A DNA stretch of 64,000 bases from Alphaproteobacteria bacterium (GCA_045615365.1 JAZLEQ010000018.1:14350-78349), one strand, 5' to 3'; positions 47,887-56,698 are shown, numbered from the stretch's first letter. Notes: generated by a model from the sequence alone, not told the origin. A program made the numbers and translations.

Positions 47887-48645
47887 CTAACATTCAGCAT
47901 TATCAGCTATTGCCATAAAATCAGCCGACTTCAAGCTTGCCCCACCGATAAGCGCACCATCAACATCAGGAAGTGATAAAAATTCTTTAGCGTTAGAAGG
48001 CTTCACCGAACCGCCATACAAAATACGCATCTTATTTGCCTGAGCTTTACCAAGTTTTTTAGCCAAAACCTTTCTTACAGCGGCATGCACATCTTCAACA
48101 TCTTGCGCTGTTGGAGTTTTACCTGTTCCGATTGCCCAAACCGGTTCATATGCAATTACGGTATTTGCGGCGGTTGCATTATTTGGAACCGATCCCATAA
48201 CTTGTTTTGAACAAACATCGATGGTTTCACCGGCATCACGTTGTTGCAATGTTTCGCCAATACAAATAATAGTCTTCAAACCTACTTTGTTTGCAGCTTC
48301 TGCTTTTTTACAAACCAGTTCATTACTTTCTCCATGATCAGCTCTGCGTTCGGAGTGGCCCAAAATCACATATGAACAACCGGCATCAACCAACATCACA
48401 GGACTGACATCACCTGTGTGAGCACCTTTTTCGTTAAAATGGCAATCCTGAGCACCGAGTGCAACCTTAACACCACGCAAACTCTTCTTCACGGTAGTCA
48501 ACATAGTAAACGGCGGACAAACCAAAAATTCACAATTTCTCTTTTTTGCTTTTACAGCAACCTTAATTTCAGATGCCAAAGCAACACTATCGGCGCTCAA
48601 GCCGTTCATTTTCCAGTTTCCTGCGATTAACATTTTTCTTGCCAT
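47887..48645 (-). CDS. tpiA: Triosephosphate isomerase
   Basis: MARKMLIAGNWKMNG, GHSERR and AYEPVWAIGTG motifs. Start re-called to ATG 48645 (AAGGGA upstream). Confidence 0.93.
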   Translation of the reverse strand: MARKMLIAGNWKMNGLSADSVALASEIKVAVKAKKRNCEFLVCPPFTMLTTVKKSLRGVKVALGAQDCHFNEKGAHTGDVSPVMLVDAGCSYVILGHSERRADHGESNELVCKKAEAANKVGLKTIICIGETLQQRDAGETIDVCSKQVMGSVPNNATAANTVIAYEPVWAIGTGKTPTAQDVEDVHAAVRKVLAKKLGKAQANKMRILYGGSVKPSNAKEFLSLPDVDGALIGGASLKSADFMAIADNAEC

Positions 48646-48808
48646 AACAATTCCCTTCATTTCTGACAGATGATTAAATTAAGACTTTTTTAACACAACG
48701 AAAAAAACTTTTCAACATCAATATTTGAATAGTTGTATAAAATAATAATAAAGATTATAATCAAACGCAATTACAAGATTTTTTCAAAAAATTAAGGAAA
48801 AATATAAA

Positions 48809-50689
48809 ATGATAACAAAAATAAGAAAATATCAGGATTCGTGGTTAACAAAAACTATTTTGGCATTAACGGCACTAAGCTTTATGTCATTGTTCGGGGT
48901 TTCAGGCTACGTCAGTTCTGCAGGTAAAAATCGCGCAGTCATTAAGGTTGATAACTTGGAAATTCTTCAAGACGAAATGAATTTCAAACACCAAAACAAC
49001 ATCCTCCGCACCCAAAACATGTTTGGTGACACACTTGAAATAAATGAAGAAATGAGCAAAAAAATATTAAATGATCTTGTTAAAAAAGAGCTGGCTGACA
49101 TGATTGTGGCTCGCACTGCTCAAAAACAAAATGTCAGTATCTCTCCGGAGCTGATTAGCAAAATCATTTCTTCCCAACCCGAATTTATGGATAACTCCGG
49201 AAATTTCAGCCCTGAACTTTTCCGCCGTCAACTATCTTTCTTTGACATGAGTGAACAAGACTATATGAATGAAATAACTCGCAATGTTTTATTTCATCAT
49301 CTGGTTTTATCACCGATTGAAAAGGTTGTTTTCCCTAAATTTATGAACAAATATTTTTCTCAAATAGCCAATCAGCAAAAAGTATTCAACTATGTTGAGA
49401 TAGACCCGTCTTCTCTCAAAATTGATCGTGAAATAACTGATGAAGAAATTGAACAATACTATCAAGATTTTGCGCCCCAATTTGAAGAACCCGAAAAACG
49501 CAATATGTCTTTCATAGAACTGCGTTTTGATGAACTCACCAAAAACGTTGTTCCATCTGAAGAAGAAATTAAAAACTTTTACAACGACAATTCTTCGGAA
49601 TACATCATTCCCGAAAAACGCACAATTCTTCAAATGGTAACTTCTTCAAAAGAAGATGCTGACAAAGCCTACAAACTTTTGTCGGAAGGCGCCGATTTTT
49701 ACAAAATTGCAGCCGATATTGCCAATCAGGATAAAGCAACAACCGAATTAGGTAATATCAGCGCCGATTCGCTTCTTCCCGAATTAAGCGATGATGCATT
49801 TGATGCCAAGCTAAACCAAATTGTCGGCCCGACTAAATCGGAATTCGGATGGCATATATTAAAGATAACAAAAATAACTCCTAAAAAAGAAACTCCGTTA
49901 TCTGAGGTTCGCAACAAAATAATTGCCACAATCAAGCAAGAACAATCTTATGATGAAGCCTCTCGTATCATCACCGAAATTGAAGACAAAATCGGCTCTG
50001 GTGCAACTTTTGCGGATATTGCTAAAGAATACAATGCCAAAATACATACAATCAAAGGGCTTAAAGAAGATGGCTCATACATTTCCGTAAGCGATAAAAA
50101 ATACGCCGATTTTATAAAATCAAACGATTTCACCGAAACTGCATTCTCCTATAATAAAGATGAGATCAGCCAAGCACTTGAAACCGAAAACGGTTTTGTT
50201 TTTGCTTCGGTAACCGATATCAATGAGGCTCATATCAAAGACCTGAGTTTGGTAAAACCGAGCATTATCAAAATATGGACAGAAAACGAAAAATCAGCCA
50301 TAGCACAAGAAATGCTAAACGATGTTATTGCCGATTTGGATAACGGAGAAACATTAAGCGATATTTCTTCTCGTTTTAAGCTTTCAATGAAAACAACTGC
50401 CCCATTGAAAAGAAACGAAACGTTCGGCAAATTAAACAATGCTCAATATACCGAAGCATATCAGGCTCCTACCGGAGAATATCGAGTCCTTTTATCCGGT
50501 GGTGTTTCAACCATTGTTATTCCTGTCAAGGTTATTAACAACACCTCCTCTTCCAACTCGGATACAAAAACAATTAACGATAAAATGCAAAATATTCTCG
50601 AAAACGATATCCACGCAGAACTCATCAATAAATATTCAAAAGATATGGATGTTCGCGTTAAGTATCGTCTTTTAGGTTTGGCAGACTAA
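48809..50689 (+). CDS. ppiD: Periplasmic chaperone/peptidyl-prolyl isomerase PpiD-like
   Basis: 626 aa: N-terminal TM anchor, SurA-N-like region and a parvulin-like segment (GPTKSEFGWHILKI). Divergent from tpiA. Confidence 0.75.
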   Translation: MITKIRKYQDSWLTKTILALTALSFMSLFGVSGYVSSAGKNRAVIKVDNLEILQDEMNFKHQNNILRTQNMFGDTLEINEEMSKKILNDLVKKELADMIVARTAQKQNVSISPELISKIISSQPEFMDNSGNFSPELFRRQLSFFDMSEQDYMNEITRNVLFHHLVLSPIEKVVFPKFMNKYFSQIANQQKVFNYVEIDPSSLKIDREITDEEIEQYYQDFAPQFEEPEKRNMSFIELRFDELTKNVVPSEEEIKNFYNDNSSEYIIPEKRTILQMVTSSKEDADKAYKLLSEGADFYKIAADIANQDKATTELGNISADSLLPELSDDAFDAKLNQIVGPTKSEFGWHILKITKITPKKETPLSEVRNKIIATIKQEQSYDEASRIITEIEDKIGSGATFADIAKEYNAKIHTIKGLKEDGSYISVSDKKYADFIKSNDFTETAFSYNKDEISQALETENGFVFASVTDINEAHIKDLSLVKPSIIKIWTENEKSAIAQEMLNDVIADLDNGETLSDISSRFKLSMKTTAPLKRNETFGKLNNAQYTEAYQAPTGEYRVLLSGGVSTIVIPVKVINNTSSSNSDTKTINDKMQNILENDIHAELINKYSKDMDVRVKYRLLGLAD

Positions 50690-50690
50690 C

Positions 50691-50722
50691 AAAAAAGCGG
50701 CTTTGAAAGCCGCTTTTTTTTT
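50691..50722. terminator. Bidirectional terminator between ppiD and the DUF465-like gene
   Basis: AAAAAAGCGGCTTTGAAAGCCGCTTTTTTTTT: a GC-rich stem flanked by A6 and T9. Confidence 0.7.
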
Positions 50723-50744
50723 ATTTATCACAAACAAAATCCGC

Positions 50745-50936
50745 CTAAGCAATAATATTCGGCATGATTCGTGCTTCAACCCTTTTAATCTTTTGTTTTA
50801 CCCCTATTCTCAAGGAATTCAACTGCTTTGCTTTAAAAAAGTCTATGGTAGAAGTATTTTTAACCAAATTTCTGATATCAGAACAAACTCTGCGTTCTTC
50901 CAATTTAAGTTCACAAAGTTGATGTTGCAAACTCAT
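50745..50936 (-). CDS. DUF465-like (YdcH-like) small protein
   Basis: From ATG 50936: MSLQHQLCELKLEERRVCSDI...KAKQLNSLRIGVKQKIKRVEA follows the recalled DUF465 pattern (MSLxxHLxEL...LKRxKLxLKDxI). The family call is from memory. Confidence 0.55.
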   Translation of the reverse strand: MSLQHQLCELKLEERRVCSDIRNLVKNTSTIDFFKAKQLNSLRIGVKQKIKRVEARIMPNIIA

Positions 50937-51081
50937 TTTCGGCTTTTGATTAAACATAAAACAAAGTCCTTTCAATAAAAACTCTTATTAAATTGCATTT
51001 TTTAGTAGAAAATTCTTAACAAATCTGTATTAGTATATACCAAAATGATGAATAATGCAACTAAAAAAGGAGTCTTTATAA

Positions 51082-52161
51082 ATGGTTCAAATTAAAAGAA
51101 TAGGAGTATTAACCTCAGGAGGAGATTGCGCCGGCCTTAATATGATTATCAGTTCTGTAGTAGAAGCTGCAGAAAAACGCGGTTGGGAAATATATGGTAT
51201 CAACGATGGCACTGAAGGTATAACTGAGACTCCGCATCGTTTTGAAAAACTAACTGTTAAAAATTTCAGCGATTCGCCGTGGCCTCGCCTCAGCGGTTCA
51301 TACCTTGGCTCATTAAACAAAGGCATGAGAATCGAATCATTAAAAGATGTTTCCCAACGTTTTGCCAAAGGGGTTGAAGAACTGGGTCTTGATGCTATTG
51401 TTGTAATTGGCGGCGACGGAAGCATGAACATTGTTTCCAACATGTGCAAAGAATCTCCTGTTAAAATCATAGGTATCCCTAAAACAGTTGATAATGATAC
51501 TCCGATTACCGAATTTTCAGTAGGTTTTCAAACTGCCGTTCAGTATTGCACCACTGCCATTGACAGCTTAGAGCTCACCGCTCGTTCGCACAACCGCGCC
51601 ATGATCACCGAAGTTATGGGACGTGATGCCGGCCACTTAGCACTTCACTCTGCTCTTGCCGGTAATGCTGATGTTTGTTTAATTCCCGAAATTCCCTATA
51701 CAATTGACGGAATTATCAACAAATTAAAAGAAATTAAAGCACGTGGCCGTAATCATGCTGTTGTTGTTGTTTCTGAAGGTTTGAAAACAGAAGATGGTCT
51801 TCCGGTTACCGATCGCAAAAACATGGTTGGCGAAACTATTTATGGCGGAATCGGACAATATTTATGCGGTCAAATTTCCAAAAGATACAACGACTTTCAG
51901 TTCCGTGTCACCACATTAGGACACCTGCAACGCTCAGGTGTTCCTGCTTCATTTGACCGCCTTTTGGCTGCTCTCTTCGGTAGCAAAGCTGTTGAATTAA
52001 TTGCCAATGGCGAAGAAGACAAAATGGTAACATGGAATGGCGGCGAAGTTACCGCTGTAGACTTGCAAGAAGTAGTCAAAGCAGGAACAACTTTGGTTGA
52101 TCCCAAAGGCAAATATGTTCAAGCAGCCAAAGATTTAGGTATGTATATCGGCGAAATTTAA
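51082..52161 (+). CDS. pfkA: 6-phosphofructokinase, PfkA family (phosphoryl-donor specificity ambiguous)
   Basis: GVLTSGGDCAGLN, VIGGDGSM, IPKTVDNDT and MGRDAGHLA motifs. 359 aa. Confidence 0.88.
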   Translation: MVQIKRIGVLTSGGDCAGLNMIISSVVEAAEKRGWEIYGINDGTEGITETPHRFEKLTVKNFSDSPWPRLSGSYLGSLNKGMRIESLKDVSQRFAKGVEELGLDAIVVIGGDGSMNIVSNMCKESPVKIIGIPKTVDNDTPITEFSVGFQTAVQYCTTAIDSLELTARSHNRAMITEVMGRDAGHLALHSALAGNADVCLIPEIPYTIDGIINKLKEIKARGRNHAVVVVSEGLKTEDGLPVTDRKNMVGETIYGGIGQYLCGQISKRYNDFQFRVTTLGHLQRSGVPASFDRLLAALFGSKAVELIANGEEDKMVTWNGGEVTAVDLQEVVKAGTTLVDPKGKYVQAAKDLGMYIGEI

Positions 52162-52185
52162 TAATTTCGACATTTACAACCGATT

Positions 52186-52219
52186 TAAAGCCCTTCCCAT
52201 TGTGGTTGGGCTTTTTCTT
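52186..52219 (+). terminator. Intrinsic terminator after pfk
   Basis: AAAGCCC...GGGCTTT stem with an internal CCA/TGG extension, followed by TTTCTTTATT. Confidence 0.55.
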
Positions 52220-52314
52220 TATTGAAAAAACGCTTAACGGGATTATCTCATTTATTGCTTAAAAAAACTTAAGCTTAATTTTTTTCATTTTTTCAAAATT
52301 AAAGGAGATTAAAC

Positions 52315-52899
52315 ATGACACAAGGCGTTCGTTTTCCAACTTTTGCATTTATAACCGGCGGAGCAGGACAATCCAACGATGGTATTCCGCCCCAACCTTT
52401 TGAAACATTTTGCTACGATTCTGCACTTCGTGAAGCCAGAATTGAAAATTTCAACATTGTTCCATATACTTCTGTTCTTCCCAAAGAGCTTCACAACAAA
52501 ATTATTCCGCTTAACGATAAAATTGTAAGCCAATTCAAACATGGCGCGGTTTTGGAAGTGATTATGGCCGGCAACGGTGCAAATCGCGATGAACACAAAG
52601 CCATTGCCACAGGTCTTGGAATTTGTTGGGGTAAGGATAAAAACGGCGAACTTATCGGCGGTTGGGCAGCTGAATATGTTGAATATTTTGACACTCCGAT
52701 TGACGATGAAATTGCCGAAGGTCATGCAAAGATGTGGCTCAACAAATCACTCAACCATGAATTGGAGTTACGCGGAGTTGAAAAGCATTCCGAATTCCAA
52801 ATTTGGCATAACTACCTAAACATCACCGAGCAGTTCGGCTATTGCTTAACATCATTAGGCTTCCTAAACTTTGACTATGCAGAACCTGCTCACATCTGA
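52315..52899 (+). CDS. aaxB: Pyruvoyl-dependent arginine decarboxylase proenzyme
   Basis: 194 aa of the PvlArgDC family with a predicted self-cleavage site at Thr52-Ser53 (NIVPYT|SVLP). AAAGGAG SD. Confidence 0.85.
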   Translation: MTQGVRFPTFAFITGGAGQSNDGIPPQPFETFCYDSALREARIENFNIVPYTSVLPKELHNKIIPLNDKIVSQFKHGAVLEVIMAGNGANRDEHKAIATGLGICWGKDKNGELIGGWAAEYVEYFDTPIDDEIAEGHAKMWLNKSLNHELELRGVEKHSEFQIWHNYLNITEQFGYCLTSLGFLNFDYAEPAHI

Positions 52900-52924
52900 T
52901 AAATAAAAATAAGGAATAAAAAAG

Positions 52925-54409
52925 ATGAAAATTTCTAAAACACAATCATCTCCTCCACCATCATCCGACCAAAGCTCTAACCGTTTGGGTGTTTTGGCAT
53001 TAGCTGCCATAGTTGTCAGCTCAATGATTGGCGGCGGCATATATTCCTTACCGCAAAACATGGCTTCCGGCGCTTCTGCCGGAGCCGTTTTGTTGGCTTG
53101 GATAATAACCGGTATCGGCATATATTTCATTGCTCGCACTTTTTCAATTTTATCAATGGCCAAACCGGACCTTACCACAGGCATATATTCGTATTCGCGT
53201 GCCGGCTTTGGTCCTTATGTCGGTTTTACAATCGGATGGTCATATTGGCTGTGTCAGGTTTGCGGCAATGTCGGATATGCTGTAATCACCATGGATGCCT
53301 TAAACTATTTCTTTCCGCCCTATTTTGCCGGCGGCAACAACCTCCCCTCAATTATCGGAGGTTCATTGATAATCTGGTTTTTCAACTTTTTGGTTTTACG
53401 CGGAGTAAAACAGGCCAGTATTGTCAATACAATCGGCACCATAATCAAGATAGTTCCGTTAGTGCTGTTTATTATAATCATGGCATTTTTATTCCATTTT
53501 GATAAGTTTGATTTGGATTTCTGGGGCGAAGCCGTTGCAGCTAAAGCCAAGCTTGGCGGTTTAAGTACACAAATTAAAAGCACTATGTTGGTAACACTCT
53601 GGGCATTTATCGGTATTGAAGGCGCTGTTGTAATGTCAAACAAGGCAAAATCGCCATCGCTTATCGGACCTGCGACCATTTTAGGTTTTGCCAGCTGCCT
53701 AATTATCTATATCTTACTTTCGCTCTTACCATTCGGCTATATGACACAATCCGAATTAAGTGCTGTTGCCAATCCGTCAACTGCCGGCATTATGGAACAA
53801 GCTGTCGGCAAGTGGGGAGCTTGGCTAATGAACACCGGCTTGGTGATTTCGGTTTTAACCAGTTGGCTTGCTTGGACCATGGTAACAGCTCAAATTCCGC
53901 AAGCTGCAGCTCAAGACGGAACATTTCCTAAAGCTTTTGCCAAAGAAAACAAAAACGAAGCACCTTCTGTTTCGTTGATTGTAACCTCCTTGGCTATGCA
54001 GTTGTTCCTAATCTTTGTATATTTTGCCACCGACGCATGGAACACCATGCTTTCAATCACCGGAGTAATGGTTTTGCCGGCATATTTTGCATCTTGTGCA
54101 TATTTATGGAAATTGTGTGAAGACGGCGAATATCCGAACAATTTAATATATCGTCGTTCCGGAGCGCTCATAACCTCAATTTTAGGTGCTGTTTATGCTT
54201 TGTGGTTGATTTATGCTGCCGGATTAAACTACCTGTTGTTGGCAGCCATAATCATTGCCTTGGGCATTCCGTTTTATATTTGGGCTCGCAAGGAACATCA
54301 TCCCGATGAAAGAGTTTTCACTTGCAAAGAAAAGCTCTTAGCTTGTGCATTGGTTATCATCGCCCTGATTGCAATTTATGCTTTGGTTAGAGGACTTGTA
54401 AGCGTATAA
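52925..54409 (+). CDS. aaxC: Arginine/agmatine (ArcD/AaxC-type) APC-family antiporter
   Basis: 494 aa with about 12-13 TM segments. The N-terminus NRLGVLALAAIVVSSMIGGGIYSLPQNMA is typical of ArcD/AaxC-type exchangers. 25 nt downstream of the decarboxylase gene. Confidence 0.8.
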   Translation: MKISKTQSSPPPSSDQSSNRLGVLALAAIVVSSMIGGGIYSLPQNMASGASAGAVLLAWIITGIGIYFIARTFSILSMAKPDLTTGIYSYSRAGFGPYVGFTIGWSYWLCQVCGNVGYAVITMDALNYFFPPYFAGGNNLPSIIGGSLIIWFFNFLVLRGVKQASIVNTIGTIIKIVPLVLFIIIMAFLFHFDKFDLDFWGEAVAAKAKLGGLSTQIKSTMLVTLWAFIGIEGAVVMSNKAKSPSLIGPATILGFASCLIIYILLSLLPFGYMTQSELSAVANPSTAGIMEQAVGKWGAWLMNTGLVISVLTSWLAWTMVTAQIPQAAAQDGTFPKAFAKENKNEAPSVSLIVTSLAMQLFLIFVYFATDAWNTMLSITGVMVLPAYFASCAYLWKLCEDGEYPNNLIYRRSGALITSILGAVYALWLIYAAGLNYLLLAAIIIALGIPFYIWARKEHHPDERVFTCKEKLLACALVIIALIAIYALVRGLVSV

Positions 54410-54433
54410 TAAAATTGCAAATAAAGAAAAAAA

Positions 54434-54461
54434 AGTCTCTCTTTTCAGGGAGGCTTTTTTT
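54434..54461 (+). terminator. Intrinsic terminator after the antiporter gene
   Basis: AGUCUCUCU-UUUC-AGGGAGGCU plus a U7 run. The stem arms are identical to those of the terminator at 6626-6660. Confidence 0.6.
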
Positions 54462-54462
54462 A

Positions 54463-56580
54463 TTAAAACAAAGTCAAAATTGATTGTGCGGATTGGGCAG
54501 CAAGAGAAAGTGAGTTAGTTGCTAACTGTTGACGGGTTTGCAACATTAGATATTCAGCCGAAGTTTCGTTCATATCGGCAAGCACCAGATTATCCGCGCC
54601 GGTTTCAAGAACATCGGTTAAAGCTTCCGTAAAGTTTTGGCGCGTTTGAATTATCGAATAATTATTTCCCAATTCGGTTTGAAATTCGCGTATTGCATCA
54701 ATCGCCGATGTCAGCTCTTTGATTGAGGTTTCAATATCGGCTTTTGTTTTCCAATCGCGAGTGATAAGCCCGAGATTTTCAGCGCTCATATCGCGCCCCG
54801 AAACCGTGAATTTATTGGAGCAACTTTCGTTAAATGTAAGCGTTAAATCCGCCCCTTTAAGAAGATTCACTCCTTGATACGATGTATCTTTTATAAGAGT
54901 GTTAAACTCACTTAAAATATCGTTGAATTGTTCAGAAAGACTTGTAGCTCCGACAACAATCATATCATCATCTGAAATGTTATCATTATTATCACTTCCG
55001 CCATTATCCGGCTCTGTTATATTTTCGTTTCCATTATTTTCCGCTAATGGCGGCGTATCAGTGTAAGTAACTATAATCTCTCCCGTATTTTTTAGTTCTT
55101 TTGTAGATGTATAATCAGTAACTCCAGTAAAATTCTCACCATTACTTCCAAATGCAATATTATTTGCTACATCTTTTAGTGCCACAATTTTAACATCACC
55201 ATTAATTGTATCAACATCGAAAACCACACCTACAGCGGTTTTACCGGCTGCTTTGTTAGTTGCATAATCATCAGCAGAGCTCCACGTCTTATCCGCATAC
55301 ATAATATCTCCAATTTGCGGACATTCTTTTTCAGCCGGATTATAGCAATTTTTTACATCATTAAATAAACGTAAATTTTTTTCACTTTCCTTATGTTTAT
55401 ATGTATAAGACCTTTGTCCTAAATAAATATTCACAAACCATTGAGGATTTGAAGCGTTTTCTGTTGATGTCCAATACTGTCCTTGTGAAAAAATTTGGGC
55501 ATCACTTCCTATTGCAGTAAAAGCTTCATTGATTTTAATCACATTATCGGATTTCGTGACTGTATTATAATTATCAACACCCATCGGATTCACAGATCCA
55601 TCAAAGCCTAAATCATTAACAACATCTGCATAATCATAACCGTAAAGATCCGTCCATTCACCGATAGCACCAATATACCATTCACCTTGGCCAAAGTCAT
55701 CATCACTGTTTGATACTCCGACAGGAACATATTGCATAGCTTTGTTAACGGACGTAGCATTGGTCTGATTATAAATTGCTTGGGTATTCTTTTCTCCATT
55801 AAAAAGATCTTCATTACGATAGTAATACTGTTTAGCACCTTCTCCCGTTGCAGTAACATTATCCAGCTTATCAATCGTAATTGTGCCGCCTTCAGTTGCT
55901 TTAACACCTATTGCATTTGTGCCGTTTGCAACAATTTTAAGCCCTTCAATATAGGCATTGGCGCCTTTGCCTTTAACTGTAATTGCAGCTGTGTCGTCGG
56001 CATTCACGGTTAAAGTTTTCCCGTTACCGATAATCTCGGCAGCATTCGCGTTTATGCTAATACCTTCCGTTAACGTTATATCTTCTTTGAATATAACTTT
56101 TCCATTGTTTTTAATAAGATCTTGAATTTCGCTTGCACTCATAGTGGCAGTAATTTCCTGATAACCTTCATCAAGATAATCCTGATAAGTTTTGCCTAGA
56201 GTCCGCATTCTATAAACAACATTTTCTTCTCCAACATCTTCGGTTTTATTTTCATTGTTTTTAAGCTCAAAATCGCTCGCCAGTGCTTGATTTGCTACAG
56301 CTTTTGCCTGTTCAAGAAAAGACATCGCACTTGTAAGCCCTTCGGTTGCGGCTTGGATTGTTTGAATTCCTTGCCCCATACTGTCCAAAAGATTATTCAA
56401 ATCACTCGCACGATTAGTCAAAGCCCGCGCCTGATAATAACTTGAGGCATTATCAATCGCTGAGTTTACTTTTTTGCCGGTGGAGAGAATATTTTGTGTT
56501 TTGTTCATCTGCAACGCTATAGTTTTCAACGATTGCAGATTTGTTCTCATTGAGGCGGTTAAGGTGATGCCATTCATCAT
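54463..56580 (-). CDS. Flagellin-family protein with large central insert (paralog 2)
   Basis: N-terminus MMNGITLTASMRTNLQSLKTIALQMNKTQNILSTGKKVNSAIDNASSYYQARALTNRASDLNNLL. C-terminus ELGNNYSIIQTRQNFTEAL...LADMNETSAEYLMLQTRQQLATNSLSLAAQSAQSILTLF. GGAGG lies 6 nt before the ATG. 705 aa. Confidence 0.75.
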   Translation of the reverse strand: MMNGITLTASMRTNLQSLKTIALQMNKTQNILSTGKKVNSAIDNASSYYQARALTNRASDLNNLLDSMGQGIQTIQAATEGLTSAMSFLEQAKAVANQALASDFELKNNENKTEDVGEENVVYRMRTLGKTYQDYLDEGYQEITATMSASEIQDLIKNNGKVIFKEDITLTEGISINANAAEIIGNGKTLTVNADDTAAITVKGKGANAYIEGLKIVANGTNAIGVKATEGGTITIDKLDNVTATGEGAKQYYYRNEDLFNGEKNTQAIYNQTNATSVNKAMQYVPVGVSNSDDDFGQGEWYIGAIGEWTDLYGYDYADVVNDLGFDGSVNPMGVDNYNTVTKSDNVIKINEAFTAIGSDAQIFSQGQYWTSTENASNPQWFVNIYLGQRSYTYKHKESEKNLRLFNDVKNCYNPAEKECPQIGDIMYADKTWSSADDYATNKAAGKTAVGVVFDVDTINGDVKIVALKDVANNIAFGSNGENFTGVTDYTSTKELKNTGEIIVTYTDTPPLAENNGNENITEPDNGGSDNNDNISDDDMIVVGATSLSEQFNDILSEFNTLIKDTSYQGVNLLKGADLTLTFNESCSNKFTVSGRDMSAENLGLITRDWKTKADIETSIKELTSAIDAIREFQTELGNNYSIIQTRQNFTEALTDVLETGADNLVLADMNETSAEYLMLQTRQQLATNSLSLAAQSAQSILTLF

Positions 56581-56591
56581 CTTCCACCTCC

Positions 56592-56698
56592 TTCAGATAC
56601 AACAAAACCCTTCGCGATTCTACCTCGCAAAGAGCCCAAATCCGGCTTCCTCCGGTTATGTCCCACTACTTGAAACAACTTCTGTTGTATCCTTCTTT
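56592..56698 (-). promoter_or_regulatory. Conserved structured 5' leader element, copy 2 (abuts the SD of flagellin-family gene 2)
   Basis: Alignable with 6442-6550. Hairpins CCGG-AGGAAG-CCGG and CUUUGCGA-GGUAGAA-UCGCGAAG replace UCCGCC-AUGGA-GGUGGA and CUUUGUAUA-UGAU-UAUACAAAG of copy 1, with pairing kept. No ATG. Confidence 0.55.

Noticed and set aside
52309-52725. 138-aa minus-strand ORF
   Set aside because: It is antisense shadow of the pyruvoyl arginine decarboxylase gene, whose product has clear family motifs. It has no SD and a low-complexity composition.
56592-56698. Possible c-di-GMP-I (GEMM-I) riboswitch, because the leader contains AGUGGGAC as in the Vc2 aptamer and such riboswitches precede flagellin genes in clostridia
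   Set aside because: The match is limited to about 8 nt. The GNRA tetraloop/receptor pair and the conserved GCAAAGCC and GGCAAACC segments I recall for GEMM-I are absent. Only cmsearch could settle it, so I report it as an unclassified leader.
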